From NCBI GenBank assembly GCA_016180575.1, contig JACPAY010000001.1, forward strand, positions 857-64,856: a DNA stretch of 64,000 nt, written 5' to 3'. This document shows, in pieces, positions 25,128 to 33,496 of this stretch. Under the pieces are notes generated by a model, which was not told the DNA's origin, did not search any database, and saw nothing but the letters and a program-made list of their open reading frames with translations. A program made the translations under genes and the position numbers. Source of the DNA: Candidatus Omnitrophota bacterium (GTDB taxonomy: Bacteria; Omnitrophota; Gorgyraeia; Aquiviventales; Aquiviventaceae). Every line of letters starts with the position of its first letter. The first letter of the stretch is position 1.

Positions 25128-26649
25128 CAGAGGCTGTTGGCGCAGTGCCGCCGGCCGAGCGGAGGGCCGCCAGCAGGGCGCCGGCCTTGTCCAGCGTCTC
25201 CCGGTACTCCCGCCCCGGGTCGGAGTCGGCCACGATGCCCGCCCCGACGTGGAACGAGAGCCGGCTTCCCTGAAGCACCATCGTGCGGATGGCGATGTTC
25301 AGGTCCATCGTCCCGTCAAACCCGAGGTAGCCGAGCGAGCCGGTGTAGAGCCCCCGCGGCACCGGCTCGAGCGCCCTGAGGATCTGCATGCAGCGGACCT
25401 TGGGACAGCCGGTGATGGTCCCGCCGGGAAACACCGCGCGGATGACGTCCACCGCGTCCGCGCCCCGGCAAAGCCAGCCCGACACGTCGGAGACGATGTG
25501 GATGACGTGGGAGTACTCCTCCAGGGTCATGAGGTCGCTCACGGCCACCGTTCCGGTCTCGCAGACGCGCCCGAGGTCGTTGCGGGCCAAGTCCACCAGC
25601 ATGATGTGCTCGGCCCGCTCCTTGTCGCTCAGCAGGAGGTCCAGGCTGTTCAGCGCATCCTCCGTCGGCGAGGCACCCCGCGGCCGCGTCCCGGCGATGG
25701 GGCGGGTGTCGATCCGCCCCTCCTGGACGCGGACGAGCCGCTCCGGGGAGCAGCTCACGACCGCCAGGTCCCCGCAGGAGAGGAAGCACGCAAACGGCGA
25801 AGGGTTGACGCGCCGCAGCGCCGCATAGAGCGCAAGCGGGCGGCCGGGCCACGTCGCGGTGAACCGCTGCGAGACGTTCGCCTGAAAGATATCGCCCGCG
25901 CGGATGTGCTCGAGGGCGCGCGCCGCCATCGCTTCAAACTCCGCCTGCGTGCTCGTGGCCTCCACGCCGGGGAAACAGGGCGCCTCCGCCCCGCCCTCCG
26001 CGCCGTCGCGCTGCGCGGCGAGCCGGCCGCTCACGCGCTCCAGGGCCTCGAGCGCCTGGCGGCGGGCCGCCGGCGGGGGGCTGTGCGGGTCGGCGACGCT
26101 GAGCAGCCAGCTCCGTTTCTCGACGTGGTCGACCAGCACGACGATCCGCATGCCGAACCACTGCATCTCCGGCACGGGTGAGCCGCCCTCCTGCGGCGGG
26201 GGCAGCCGCTCGATCCATCGGTTGAGGTCATAGCTCAGGAACCCCATGAGGCCGATCGCCCTGCCTGCCGCGCCGAGGCGGCTGCTGATGGGCGCGGCGC
26301 AGGCAGGCCGCCCATGAGGGGTCCCTCGTCCGGCGGGCGGGGCCGGGGCGCGATAGCGGCGGAGAACCTGGCGAAGCGCCTCAAGCGGATGGGCCCGCCA
26401 GACGTGCGTGGCGGCGCTCGTGCTGAGCTCAATGCGCTCCCCGCGGGCCGTCAGCGCCAGCCAGGGCGCAAACCCCAGCAGCGACCAGCGTCCGGTCACC
26501 GGATGCTGGCGCGCGCTGTCGCACCACATCACCGGCTCATCGGGCGGCAGCCCGCTGATGAGGGCGCGCAGGTCAGGGCATCCTGCAAGCGGCTGGAGGT
26601 AGACGGTGAGCGGGCCGTGTCGGAGCGCGAAGGGGGCGTCCTTGCCCAT
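25111..26649 (-). CDS. pabB: aminodeoxychorismate synthase component I (TrpE/PabB family)
   Basis: 512 aa. SPERLVRV...RPIAGTRPRG...DKERAEHIMLVDLARNDLGRV...VFPGGTITGCPK...YTGSLGY. It overlaps pabC by 17 nt and contains palindromic insert copy b. Confidence 0.85.
   Translation of the reverse strand: MGKDAPFALRHGPLTVYLQPLAGCPDLRALISGLPPDEPVMWCDSARQHPVTGRWSLLGFAPWLALTARGERIELSTSAATHVWRAHPLEALRQVLRRYRAPAPPAGRGTPHGRPACAAPISSRLGAAGRAIGLMGFLSYDLNRWIERLPPPQEGGSPVPEMQWFGMRIVVLVDHVEKRSWLLSVADPHSPPPAARRQALEALERVSGRLAAQRDGAEGGAEAPCFPGVEATSTQAEFEAMAARALEHIRAGDIFQANVSQRFTATWPGRPLALYAALRRVNPSPFACFLSCGDLAVVSCSPERLVRVQEGRIDTRPIAGTRPRGASPTEDALNSLDLLLSDKERAEHIMLVDLARNDLGRVCETGTVAVSDLMTLEEYSHVIHIVSDVSGWLCRGADAVDVIRAVFPGGTITGCPKVRCMQILRALEPVPRGLYTGSLGYLGFDGTMDLNIAIRTMVLQGSRLSFHVGAGIVADSDPGREYRETLDKAGALLAALRSAGGTAPTASDAASR
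26259..26307. repeat. intragenic GC-rich palindromic element, copy b (orientation B)
   Basis: CCTGCCTGCCGCGCC, 16 nt, then GGCGCGGCGCAGGCAGG. It lies inside pabB and encodes RPACAAPISSRLGAAGRA. Confidence 0.75.
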
Positions 26650-26703
26650 CAGAAAATCTATTCTAACACCGGGAAGACGAGGACGCTAGCCGGCGGGTCA
26701 GAG

Positions 26704-26884
26704 GGTGCTGTCTCAATTTGGCGGGTCCTGCCGCGCCGCCACCCCGTCGGCTGTCCTCGGCCTTCGCCTGCGGGCAGGCGACGGGGTCCCCGGCTCTGCG
26801 TCCCGTCGGCTGTCCTCGGCCTTCGCCTGCGGGCAGGCGACGGGGTCCCCGGCTCTGCGTCACCCGCCAAATTGAGACACGACC
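26704..26884. mobile_element. MITE-like structured repeat R1
   Basis: The 23-bp TIRs are GGTGCTGTCTCAATTTGGCGGGT / ACCCGCCAAATTGAGACACGACC. A perfect 8-bp direct repeat GGTCAGAG flanks the element at 26696-26703 and 26885-26892. An internal 59-bp tandem duplication spans 26744-26802 and 26803-26861. There is no coding capacity. Confidence 0.6.
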
Positions 26885-26886
26885 GG

Positions 26887-27471
26887 TCAGAGCTTGATGA
26901 GGAGCAGCTTGAGCTTGAGCAGCCGCACGTGCTCCCGCATGGCGGCCAGCTCCTGGTCGAGGCGGGCGGCGTCGCGGGCCATCTCATCCAGCTGGGCCTG
27001 CTGGCGGGAGCGCTCCTGCGGGGTCAGGACGACGTCCTGCTGGCCGAGCGATTTGCCAAGCTGCGCGATTGAGCGGCCGAGGCTCGCCCGCTGGGCGCGC
27101 TTGGCGCGCAGCTCCTCGGCGGCCAGCGAGAGGCTGAGCGCCAGCCTCTCGCGCTCCGGCTGGAGCCGGTTCTTCGCCTCGAGCGTCTTGCTGCGGACGG
27201 AGGCTGCGGCGGCCGCCAGGTCCTTGCGCAGGAGGGCGATGGTGTCCTCGACCGTCTTGCGCTTGAGGGCCAGCTCCTGCCGGTAGGTCTCCATGCGGTT
27301 GGCGAGCTCCCGGTGCTTGTCGAGCACCGACGCGAAGGCGGGATCGGCGGCAACGACCTCGCGGGCCAGCTGGTCGCGGTCGGCCGGGGCGCAGCCGCCC
27401 GGGCCGGCGGCGAGGAGCGCCAGCAGGATGCGGCCGGCGACCCGCGCCGCCCTCACGCGCCCATCAGCCAT
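26887..27471 (-). CDS. coiled-coil lipoprotein, unknown function
   Basis: 194 aa. The signal peptide carries AAGPGGC, followed by a long Ala/Leu/Arg/Glu coiled-coil region. It starts 4 nt after the kamA stop. Confidence 0.55.
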   Translation of the reverse strand: MADGRVRAARVAGRILLALLAAGPGGCAPADRDQLAREVVAADPAFASVLDKHRELANRMETYRQELALKRKTVEDTIALLRKDLAAAAASVRSKTLEAKNRLQPERERLALSLSLAAEELRAKRAQRASLGRSIAQLGKSLGQQDVVLTPQERSRQQAQLDEMARDAARLDQELAAMREHVRLLKLKLLLIKL

Positions 27472-27474
27472 GCC

Positions 27475-28650
27475 CTACCGGATCAGCACGTACGAGGGCT
27501 CGACGCTCGCCGCGCGCGAGCCTGCGCCGTTTGGCTGCTCTTCCCGGTACGTGAAGAGCTTGCCGGCGAAGTTGCGCAGCGTCCACACGCCGTCCTTGCA
27601 GGCGACGACGTAGTTCGGCATCAGCGGGATCTTCCCGCCGCCGCCCGGGCCGTCGACGACGAAGGTCGGGACCGCGTAGCCGCTCGTGTGCCCCCGCAGC
27701 TTCTCGATGATCGAAAGGCCGACCGCCACCGGCGTGCGGAAGTGCGCGGTGCCCTTGACCGGGTCGCACTGGTAGATGTAGTACGGCCGCACGCGGATCT
27801 TCAGCAGCTCATGGAACAGCTTCTTCATGATGGCGGGCCGGTCGTTGACGCCCTTCATGAGCACCGTCTGCGAGCCGAGCGGCACGCCGCTGTCCGCCAG
27901 CATCCCGCACGCCCGCTGGACGGGCGGGGTGACCTCCTTGGGATGGTTGAAGTGCAGGCTCATCCACACCGGCTTGTGCTTCCTGAGGACCGCGCAGAGC
28001 GACTCGGTCACGCGGTAGGGCAGCGTCACCGGGTTGCGCGTTCCGATCCGCACGAACTCGACGTGGGGGATGCTTTTCAGCTTCGTGAGGACCTCGTCCA
28101 GCCGCTCGTCGGACAGCGTGAGCGGGTCCCCGCCCGAGATGAGGACATCCCGGATCTTCCGGTGCGCGCGGATGTAGTCGATCGCCTGATCGATGTTCGC
28201 CGAGCGGCTGTAGCCGGCCGTCGTCCCCACGACGCGGCTGCGCGTGCAGAACCGGCAGTACATCGAGCACACCTCGACCACCAGCAGCAGGACCCGGTCC
28301 GGGTAGCGGTGGACGAGCCCGGGCACGGGCATGTGGCTGTCCTCGCCCAGCGGGTCGATCATGTCGTTGGGGCTGAGCCTGTACTCCTCCTCCACCGGAA
28401 CCGCCTGGCGCCGGATCGGGCACGTCGGGTCCTCCGGGTCCATCAGGGCCGCCCAGTACGGCGGGATGCCCATGATGAAGCGGCCGGACTTCCGCGTCAC
28501 CGCGCGCTCCTCCGAGGGGGTCAGCCGGATGACCTCCCGCAGCTGCTCCACCGTTTGGAGCCGGTTGGTCATCTGCCACCGGTAGGTCTCCCACTGCTCC
28601 AGCGGCACATCCTTCCAGATCGGGATCCGTCGAAACGCTTCCCAGCTCAC
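27475..28650 (-). CDS. kamA: lysine 2,3-aminomutase (radical SAM, KamA family)
   Basis: The track ORF was trimmed to the GTG at 28650, which follows an AAGGAGGAG SD. The radical SAM motif is CSMYCRFCTR. ...ISGGDPL...QTVLMKGVND...YIYQCDPVKGTAHFR is collinear with KamA. Confidence 0.9.
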   Translation of the reverse strand: MSWEAFRRIPIWKDVPLEQWETYRWQMTNRLQTVEQLREVIRLTPSEERAVTRKSGRFIMGIPPYWAALMDPEDPTCPIRRQAVPVEEEYRLSPNDMIDPLGEDSHMPVPGLVHRYPDRVLLLVVEVCSMYCRFCTRSRVVGTTAGYSRSANIDQAIDYIRAHRKIRDVLISGGDPLTLSDERLDEVLTKLKSIPHVEFVRIGTRNPVTLPYRVTESLCAVLRKHKPVWMSLHFNHPKEVTPPVQRACGMLADSGVPLGSQTVLMKGVNDRPAIMKKLFHELLKIRVRPYYIYQCDPVKGTAHFRTPVAVGLSIIEKLRGHTSGYAVPTFVVDGPGGGGKIPLMPNYVVACKDGVWTLRNFAGKLFTYREEQPNGAGSRAASVEPSYVLIR

Positions 28651-28678
28651 CGCGCTCCTCCTTCTTGCGTCCCGTTCC

Positions 28679-29776
28679 TCACGGAGCCGCCTGGCTCGCC
28701 GCGAGCGCCCTTGCAGGGAGGGGCTCCGGAGGAGGGACCGTGGCGCGCCCTGCTCGGCGCGCGTGCTGCGCATAGCGGCCCATGGCCAATGCCACGATCC
28801 GCTGGATGAGGGCTTCATGCGAGATGCCGGCTGCCGCCGTCATGACGGGGAAGTTGCTGTCCCACGGGCTGAGGCCCGGCAGCGGGTTGACCTCCAGCAC
28901 GAACGGGGTCCCGTCGGCGCGGAGGCGGATGTCGGTGCGCGAGAGGTCCACGCACCCCAGCGCCCGGTGCGCGCGCCGCGCGACGTCGCGGACCGCCGCC
29001 GCGGTCGGCTCGGGCAGGCGCGCCGGGCAGTGCAGCGTCGGGACCAGGCCCATCGCCGCGTTGCCCTGGAACTCCTTCATCCGCCAGGAATAGAAAAACT
29101 CCGCCGAGGCCTGGCAGGGGGAGAAGTCGATCTCCAGGATCGGCAGCATCTCCTCGCCGATGACGCCGGCGGTCAGCTCGACGCCGTCGATGAATTCCTC
29201 CACGAGCGCCTCCTGGTGGTAGCGGGCGTTCACCGCCTCCACCTGCCGGCGCAGCGCCGGTTCGTCCCCCACGACGCTCTCCCGCCAGATCCCTTTGCTG
29301 GACCCCTCGCGGTTGGGCTTCACGATGAGCGGGAACTCAAGCTGCCGGTTGAGCGGGGTGTCGGCGTTCGGGAAGAGCTGCCACCGGGGCGTCGGGATGC
29401 CTTCGGAGCTGAGGATCTGCTTGGTCTTGGCCTTGTCGAGCGCCAGGGCCAGGGTGATGCTGCCCGAGCCCGTGAACGGCACGCCGAGCGATTCGAGGAT
29501 CGCGGGCACCTGCGACTCCCGGTGCTCGCCGTGGATCCCCTCCGCGATGTTGAACGCCAGGTCCACGCGGTGGGCGAGGAACCAGTGGGGCAGCTCGTCG
29601 GTGGCTTCGACGAGATGGACCGCGTGGCCGGCCGCGCGCAGCGCCGTCACGATCGTCTCAATCGTCTTGGGGGTGTCGAACTCCGATTCGCGGTCGCAGG
29701 GGGCGGCGTCCCGTCCCGTCACGGCCGCGCCGCGCGGGTCGAGGGCCTGGCGCTTGAGGTTGTAGGTCAGCGCGAT
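28679..29776 (-). CDS. ATP-grasp ligase, D-alanine--D-alanine ligase family (paralog 2); start codon unresolved
   Basis: The Ddl-like pattern is LAFNIAEGIHGEHRESQVPAILE...DKAKTKQIL...PLIVKPNREGSSKGI...LEVNPLPGL. The conserved N-terminal strand IALTYNLKRQ lies upstream of the first canonical start (GTG 29722). The frame is open back to the stop at 29807-29809, with only ATC/CTG candidates. Confidence 0.75.
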   Translation of the reverse strand: MALTYNLKRQALDPRGAAVTGRDAAPCDRESEFDTPKTIETIVTALRAAGHAVHLVEATDELPHWFLAHRVDLAFNIAEGIHGEHRESQVPAILESLGVPFTGSGSITLALALDKAKTKQILSSEGIPTPRWQLFPNADTPLNRQLEFPLIVKPNREGSSKGIWRESVVGDEPALRRQVEAVNARYHQEALVEEFIDGVELTAGVIGEEMLPILEIDFSPCQASAEFFYSWRMKEFQGNAAMGLVPTLHCPARLPEPTAAAVRDVARRAHRALGCVDLSRTDIRLRADGTPFVLEVNPLPGLSPWDSNFPVMTAAAGISHEALIQRIVALAMGRYAQHARRAGRATVPPPEPLPARALAASQAAP

Positions 29777-30801
29777 TGTGTAGGGGTCGATAGGGAGCTC
29801 GCGTCGTCACGGGCCTTCAGGCCCGTCCGCACCAGCGCCGCCTCCAGGATGCGCTGGATGATCCGGTAGTGCGTCATGCCTTTGGTCTTCGCGATGTAGC
29901 TGAAGACGTCCTCGGTGGACAGCGACGGCAGCGGGTTGATCTCAAGGACGTACGGCTTGCCCTTGCGGTCCACCCGGAAGTCAACCCGGCCGAAGTCGCG
30001 GCAGTCCACCGCGCGATAGGTGTGCAGGGCCAGCTCCTGCATCTGCCGGCTCAACCCCTCGGGGATGGGCGCCGGGCAGAGGTAGTCGGAGCCGGTGCGC
30101 AGGTACGCGAACGTGAAGAACTTCCGGCCCAGGTCCGTGACGCCGTCGAGCACGATCTGGCACGCCGGGTAGACGTCCGGCGCGTCGTTGCCGATGACGG
30201 CCACCGTGAATTCCTGCCCCTCGATGAACTCCTCGACGAACACCGAGGCGCCCCGGTAGGTCTCCAGGAGCCAGTGCGCCTGGCGGCGCAGCTCCTGGGG
30301 GGTGTTGACGAGCGACTTGTCGCTCAGGCCCTTGCTTGAGCCCTCGCAGCGGAGCTTGACGATGAGGGGATAGGCGAGGTCGACCTGCCAGAGCTTGTCG
30401 GGGTCGGCGACTTCGGCGTAGCGCGGGGTCGGGATGCCCTCGGCAATGAGGACCTTCTTCGTCAGCACCTTGTCGAGGGTCAGGCCCAGGGTGAGCCCGT
30501 CGGCGCCCACGAAGGGCACGCGCAGCATCTCGAGGAGGATCGGCACCTGCGACTCGCGGTTGCGCCCCTCGTAGCCCTCCGCGATGTTGAAGACGATGTC
30601 GACGTCGAGCTTGCCCCTCCGCTCGAGGAGCTGGCGGGCGTTGCCGATCCGGACGACCTCATGCCCCGCCTCCCGCAGCGCCTTCTCGATGTGGGCGACC
30701 GTCTCCTCATGGTCGAACTCAGCGATGAGGTCCGGCGGGTCCTCCGGCTTGAGGACGTACTCGCCCTTCACGTTGTAGGTGAGCCCCACGCGGAACGCCA
30801 T
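29767..30801 (-). CDS. ATP-grasp ligase, D-alanine--D-alanine ligase family (paralog 1)
   Basis: The start was set at the ATG at 30801 (MAFRVGLTYNVKGEY...). VFNIAEGYEGRNRESQVPILLE...DKVLTKKVL...PLIVKLRCEGSSKGL...LEINPLPSL. Confidence 0.8.
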   Translation of the reverse strand: MAFRVGLTYNVKGEYVLKPEDPPDLIAEFDHEETVAHIEKALREAGHEVVRIGNARQLLERRGKLDVDIVFNIAEGYEGRNRESQVPILLEMLRVPFVGADGLTLGLTLDKVLTKKVLIAEGIPTPRYAEVADPDKLWQVDLAYPLIVKLRCEGSSKGLSDKSLVNTPQELRRQAHWLLETYRGASVFVEEFIEGQEFTVAVIGNDAPDVYPACQIVLDGVTDLGRKFFTFAYLRTGSDYLCPAPIPEGLSRQMQELALHTYRAVDCRDFGRVDFRVDRKGKPYVLEINPLPSLSTEDVFSYIAKTKGMTHYRIIQRILEAALVRTGLKARDDASSLSTPTQSR

Positions 30802-31076
30802 CAGCGTCCCCCGCCGGAAAAAAGAACAAGGGACCCGCACGTGTCGAGTCCCTGGACCGACCTGCTAAGTTGTGTCACGGGTGACGCGCCAGTCCTCAAC
30901 GTCCCTGCCGCGGTCCGCCGCAGACCGCGCAGGTGGTTGAAGACTGAAACCACATCACAAGTGTGTGCATTGTCACTATATTTCGTACCACACCGCGCAT
31001 GGGGTGTCAAGAACATGTGATGAAAAATGTTCGCGCGGCATGAAAAACGTCCGCGGCTGTGCTACCATCAATCGCC

Positions 31077-31721
31077 ATGGGCACGCTCGTGTTGATCCGC
31101 CACGGACAATCGCAGTGGAACCTGGAGAACCGGTTCACCGGCTGGGTGGACATCCCGCTCACCGAGGCCGGGCGCGAGGAGGCCCGGCGGGGTGCCGAGC
31201 TGATCCGGCACCTCCGGTTTGACCGCGCGTTCACCTCGGTCCTCCGGCGCGCCCAGGAGACGCTGGACATCGTGCTGGAAGTCCTCGGGCAGCGGGACAT
31301 CCCGATTGAGCGGGACCAGGCGCTGAACGAGCGGCACTACGGCGCTCTCCAGGGGCTCAACAAGGCGGAGATGGCGAAGAAGTTCGGGGAGCGGCAGGTC
31401 CACATCTGGCGGCGCAGCTACGATGTGGCGCCGCCGAAGGACAAGACGGAATGGAACCCGGACGGCACCAGCGAGAGCCTCAAGGACACCGCCGCGCGCA
31501 CCCTGCCCTACTTCAACGCGAAGATCCTGCCCCTGGTGAAGGCGGGGCAACACATCCTCGTCGTCGCGCACGGCAACAGCCTCCGCGCGATCGTCATGCA
31601 CCTGGACCGGCTGACGAAGGAGCAGGTCCTCGAGCTCAACATCGCCACCGGCCCGCCGATCCTCTACGAGATCGGCGCCGACGGCGCGATCCTCAAGAAA
31701 GTCGTCCACGCGCTGTCCTGA
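31077..31721 (+). CDS. gpmA: 2,3-bisphosphoglycerate-dependent phosphoglycerate mutase
   Basis: MGTLVLIRHGQSQWNLENRFTGWVDIPLTE...ERHYGALQG...VVAHGNSLRA. The ATG at 31077 is preferred over the GTG at 31059. Confidence 0.9.
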   Translation: MGTLVLIRHGQSQWNLENRFTGWVDIPLTEAGREEARRGAELIRHLRFDRAFTSVLRRAQETLDIVLEVLGQRDIPIERDQALNERHYGALQGLNKAEMAKKFGERQVHIWRRSYDVAPPKDKTEWNPDGTSESLKDTAARTLPYFNAKILPLVKAGQHILVVAHGNSLRAIVMHLDRLTKEQVLELNIATGPPILYEIGADGAILKKVVHALS

Positions 31722-32586
31722 TGTCGTGGTAGAGGTACTGCTGCGCGTAGCCCGCGTAGGGGCCGAAGTGGCGCCGCGCGTAGTCGTGCAGGGCCTTGCG
31801 CGTCATGCGCCGGTGCCGGAAGTAGTAGCGCATCGCCCGCTCCATCCAGACGTCGATCGGGAACGCCTCGTACTTCTCAAAGCCGAAGAGTGCCACGCAG
31901 TCCGCCACCTTGTCCCCCACCCCGTCGCAGCCTAAGAGCGCCTGCTTCGCCGCGTCGTAGCCCACCCGCCGCAGGTGCTCCGTGGGCAGCCCCCCGTCCG
32001 CGACGAGCCGCGCCGTCGCCTTCAGGTAGGGCGCGCGGTAGCCGAGGCCCAGGCTGCGCAGCCGCCGCTCAGAGGCGCCGGCAATCGTCTCCGGCCGCGG
32101 AAAGCTGAACCCGCGGAAGCCGTTGAGGGCAACTGGCTCCCCGTACGCCTGGCAGAGCCGCTCGAGCATCCCCTCGATGCGCTTGATGTTGTTGAACGAG
32201 GCGCAGATGAACGACGCCAGCGTCTCCCAGCCGTCCTGCCGCAGCACCCGCAGCCCCCGGTGTCGGCGGATCGCCTGGTGGACCTGCATGTCCACGTTGA
32301 TGGAGGAGAGGATCGCGGGGAGGTCGAGGTCGAGGGCGAAGTAGCGGCGGATCCGGTCAGGGGTGAGGGCGGGGTCGGAGGTCTCGCAGAGGAGCCGGCC
32401 GCCCTCCTGCCGGACCTTCACGACGGACGGCCCGATGAGCCCGTAGAACCACCCGTCGCCTGCCTGCCGCGCCTCGTCCGCTCCAGAGTCGCGCGGCGCA
32501 GGCAGGTGCGCTTTCCACCGGAAGGCCTGGCCGGAGGAGAGGCTCGCCTGGAGGGAGAAGTCCGGCGCGGCAACCTCGAACATCAA
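31693..32586 (-). CDS. ogg: 8-oxoguanine DNA glycosylase / AP lyase (OGG1 family, HhH-GPD)
   Basis: 297 aa. GQAFRW...SFICASFNNIKRI...LLGCDGVGDKVADCV...PIDVW. It contains palindromic insert copy f in the N-terminal domain. Confidence 0.8.
   Translation of the reverse strand: MMFEVAAPDFSLQASLSSGQAFRWKAHLPAPRDSGADEARQAGDGWFYGLIGPSVVKVRQEGGRLLCETSDPALTPDRIRRYFALDLDLPAILSSINVDMQVHQAIRRHRGLRVLRQDGWETLASFICASFNNIKRIEGMLERLCQAYGEPVALNGFRGFSFPRPETIAGASERRLRSLGLGYRAPYLKATARLVADGGLPTEHLRRVGYDAAKQALLGCDGVGDKVADCVALFGFEKYEAFPIDVWMERAMRYYFRHRRMTRKALHDYARRHFGPYAGYAQQYLYHDIRTARGRLS
32459..32506. repeat. intragenic GC-rich palindromic element, copy f (orientation B)
   Basis: CCTGCCTGCCGCGCC, 17 nt, then GCGCGGCGCAGGCAGG. 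It lies inside ogg and encodes LPAPRDSGADEARQAG. Confidence 0.75.
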
Positions 32587-32611
32587 AATCTACAATCCAA
32601 AATGCGCCTCG

Positions 32612-33220
32612 TCAGACTTTCGGCAGCGTGATGCCCTGCTGGCCCTGGTACTTGCCCTTGCGGTCGGCGTACGACACCTCCGGCAGCGAGCCGGCCTCGA
32701 AGAACAGGACCTGCGCGATCCCCTCGAAGGAGTAGATGCGCGCCGGCAGCGGCGTCGTGTTGGAGATCTCGATCGTCAGGTGCCCTTCCCAGCCCGGCTC
32801 AAGCGGCGTGATGTTCACGACGATGCCGCAGCGCGCGTAGCTCGACTTGCCGAGGCACAGGCCCAGCACCGAGCGCGGCATCCGGAAGTACTCCACCGAG
32901 CGCGCCAGCGCGAAGGAGTTGGGCGGCACGATGCACACCGGCCCCTTGAAGTCCACGAAGGAGTCCGGCGAGAACTGTTTCGGGTCCACCACCGCCTGCT
33001 TGAGGTTCGTGAAGACCTTGAACTCATCGGTCACCCGGATGTCGTAGCCCATCGAGGAGAGGCCGTAGGAAATGACCCCGTCTCTTTTTAAATGTTCTTC
33101 GAAGGGCTCCAACATCCGGAACTTTTTCACGTACTCGCGGATTTCCCAGTCGACCAGGATGCGGCCGGTCGACTTGATGTGCTCGGGCAGCTCGCTCAGC
33201 TTCGTCTGCGCCTCAAACAT
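32612..33220 (-). CDS. dcd: dCTP deaminase
   Basis: 202 aa. ...[12 protein letters not shown]...[33 protein letters not shown]... is typical Dcd. Confidence 0.9.
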   Translation of the reverse strand: MFEAQTKLSELPEHIKSTGRILVDWEIREYVKKFRMLEPFEEHLKRDGVISYGLSSMGYDIRVTDEFKVFTNLKQAVVDPKQFSPDSFVDFKGPVCIVPPNSFALARSVEYFRMPRSVLGLCLGKSSYARCGIVVNITPLEPGWEGHLTIEISNTTPLPARIYSFEGIAQVLFFEAGSLPEVSYADRKGKYQGQQGITLPKV

Positions 33221-33461
33221 GCCGGGCTCCTTTCTTTTCGGTGGAGAGCGCGAGGTGAATGCGGTTGACCGTGCCGATGACCGAGATCAACGGCAGCTTC
33301 TTCTGCTGTTTGCGCCGCAGCTGCTTCAGGTGCGGGTTGGCCTCATGGCGCACCCAGCTCACCGGACGCTCCATGACCTCTTCCAGCCCGTCCTTGCCCC
33401 AGTGTGCCATGACGAACTTCCGGCACTTCTTCGAGAGCTCAGGCGTCGCGAACCATCCCAT
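33213..33461 (-). CDS. small hypothetical protein
   Basis: 82 aa with GC-rich third positions. A strong SD (AAGGAAGGAGGG) lies 4 nt upstream of the ATG. It overlaps the dcd start by 8 nt. Confidence 0.45.
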   Translation of the reverse strand: MGWFATPELSKKCRKFVMAHWGKDGLEEVMERPVSWVRHEANPHLKQLRRKQQKKLPLISVIGTVNRIHLALSTEKKGARHV

Positions 33462-33496
33462 CTGGCCCTCCTTCCTTGGTCAGCTTCCTACGGTGG

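Noticed and set aside
26744-26861. A tandem 59-bp repeat, considered as a possible CRISPR array.
   Set aside because: There are only two directly adjacent copies with no spacers, and they lie inside a TIR-bounded element. No cas genes are present in the window.
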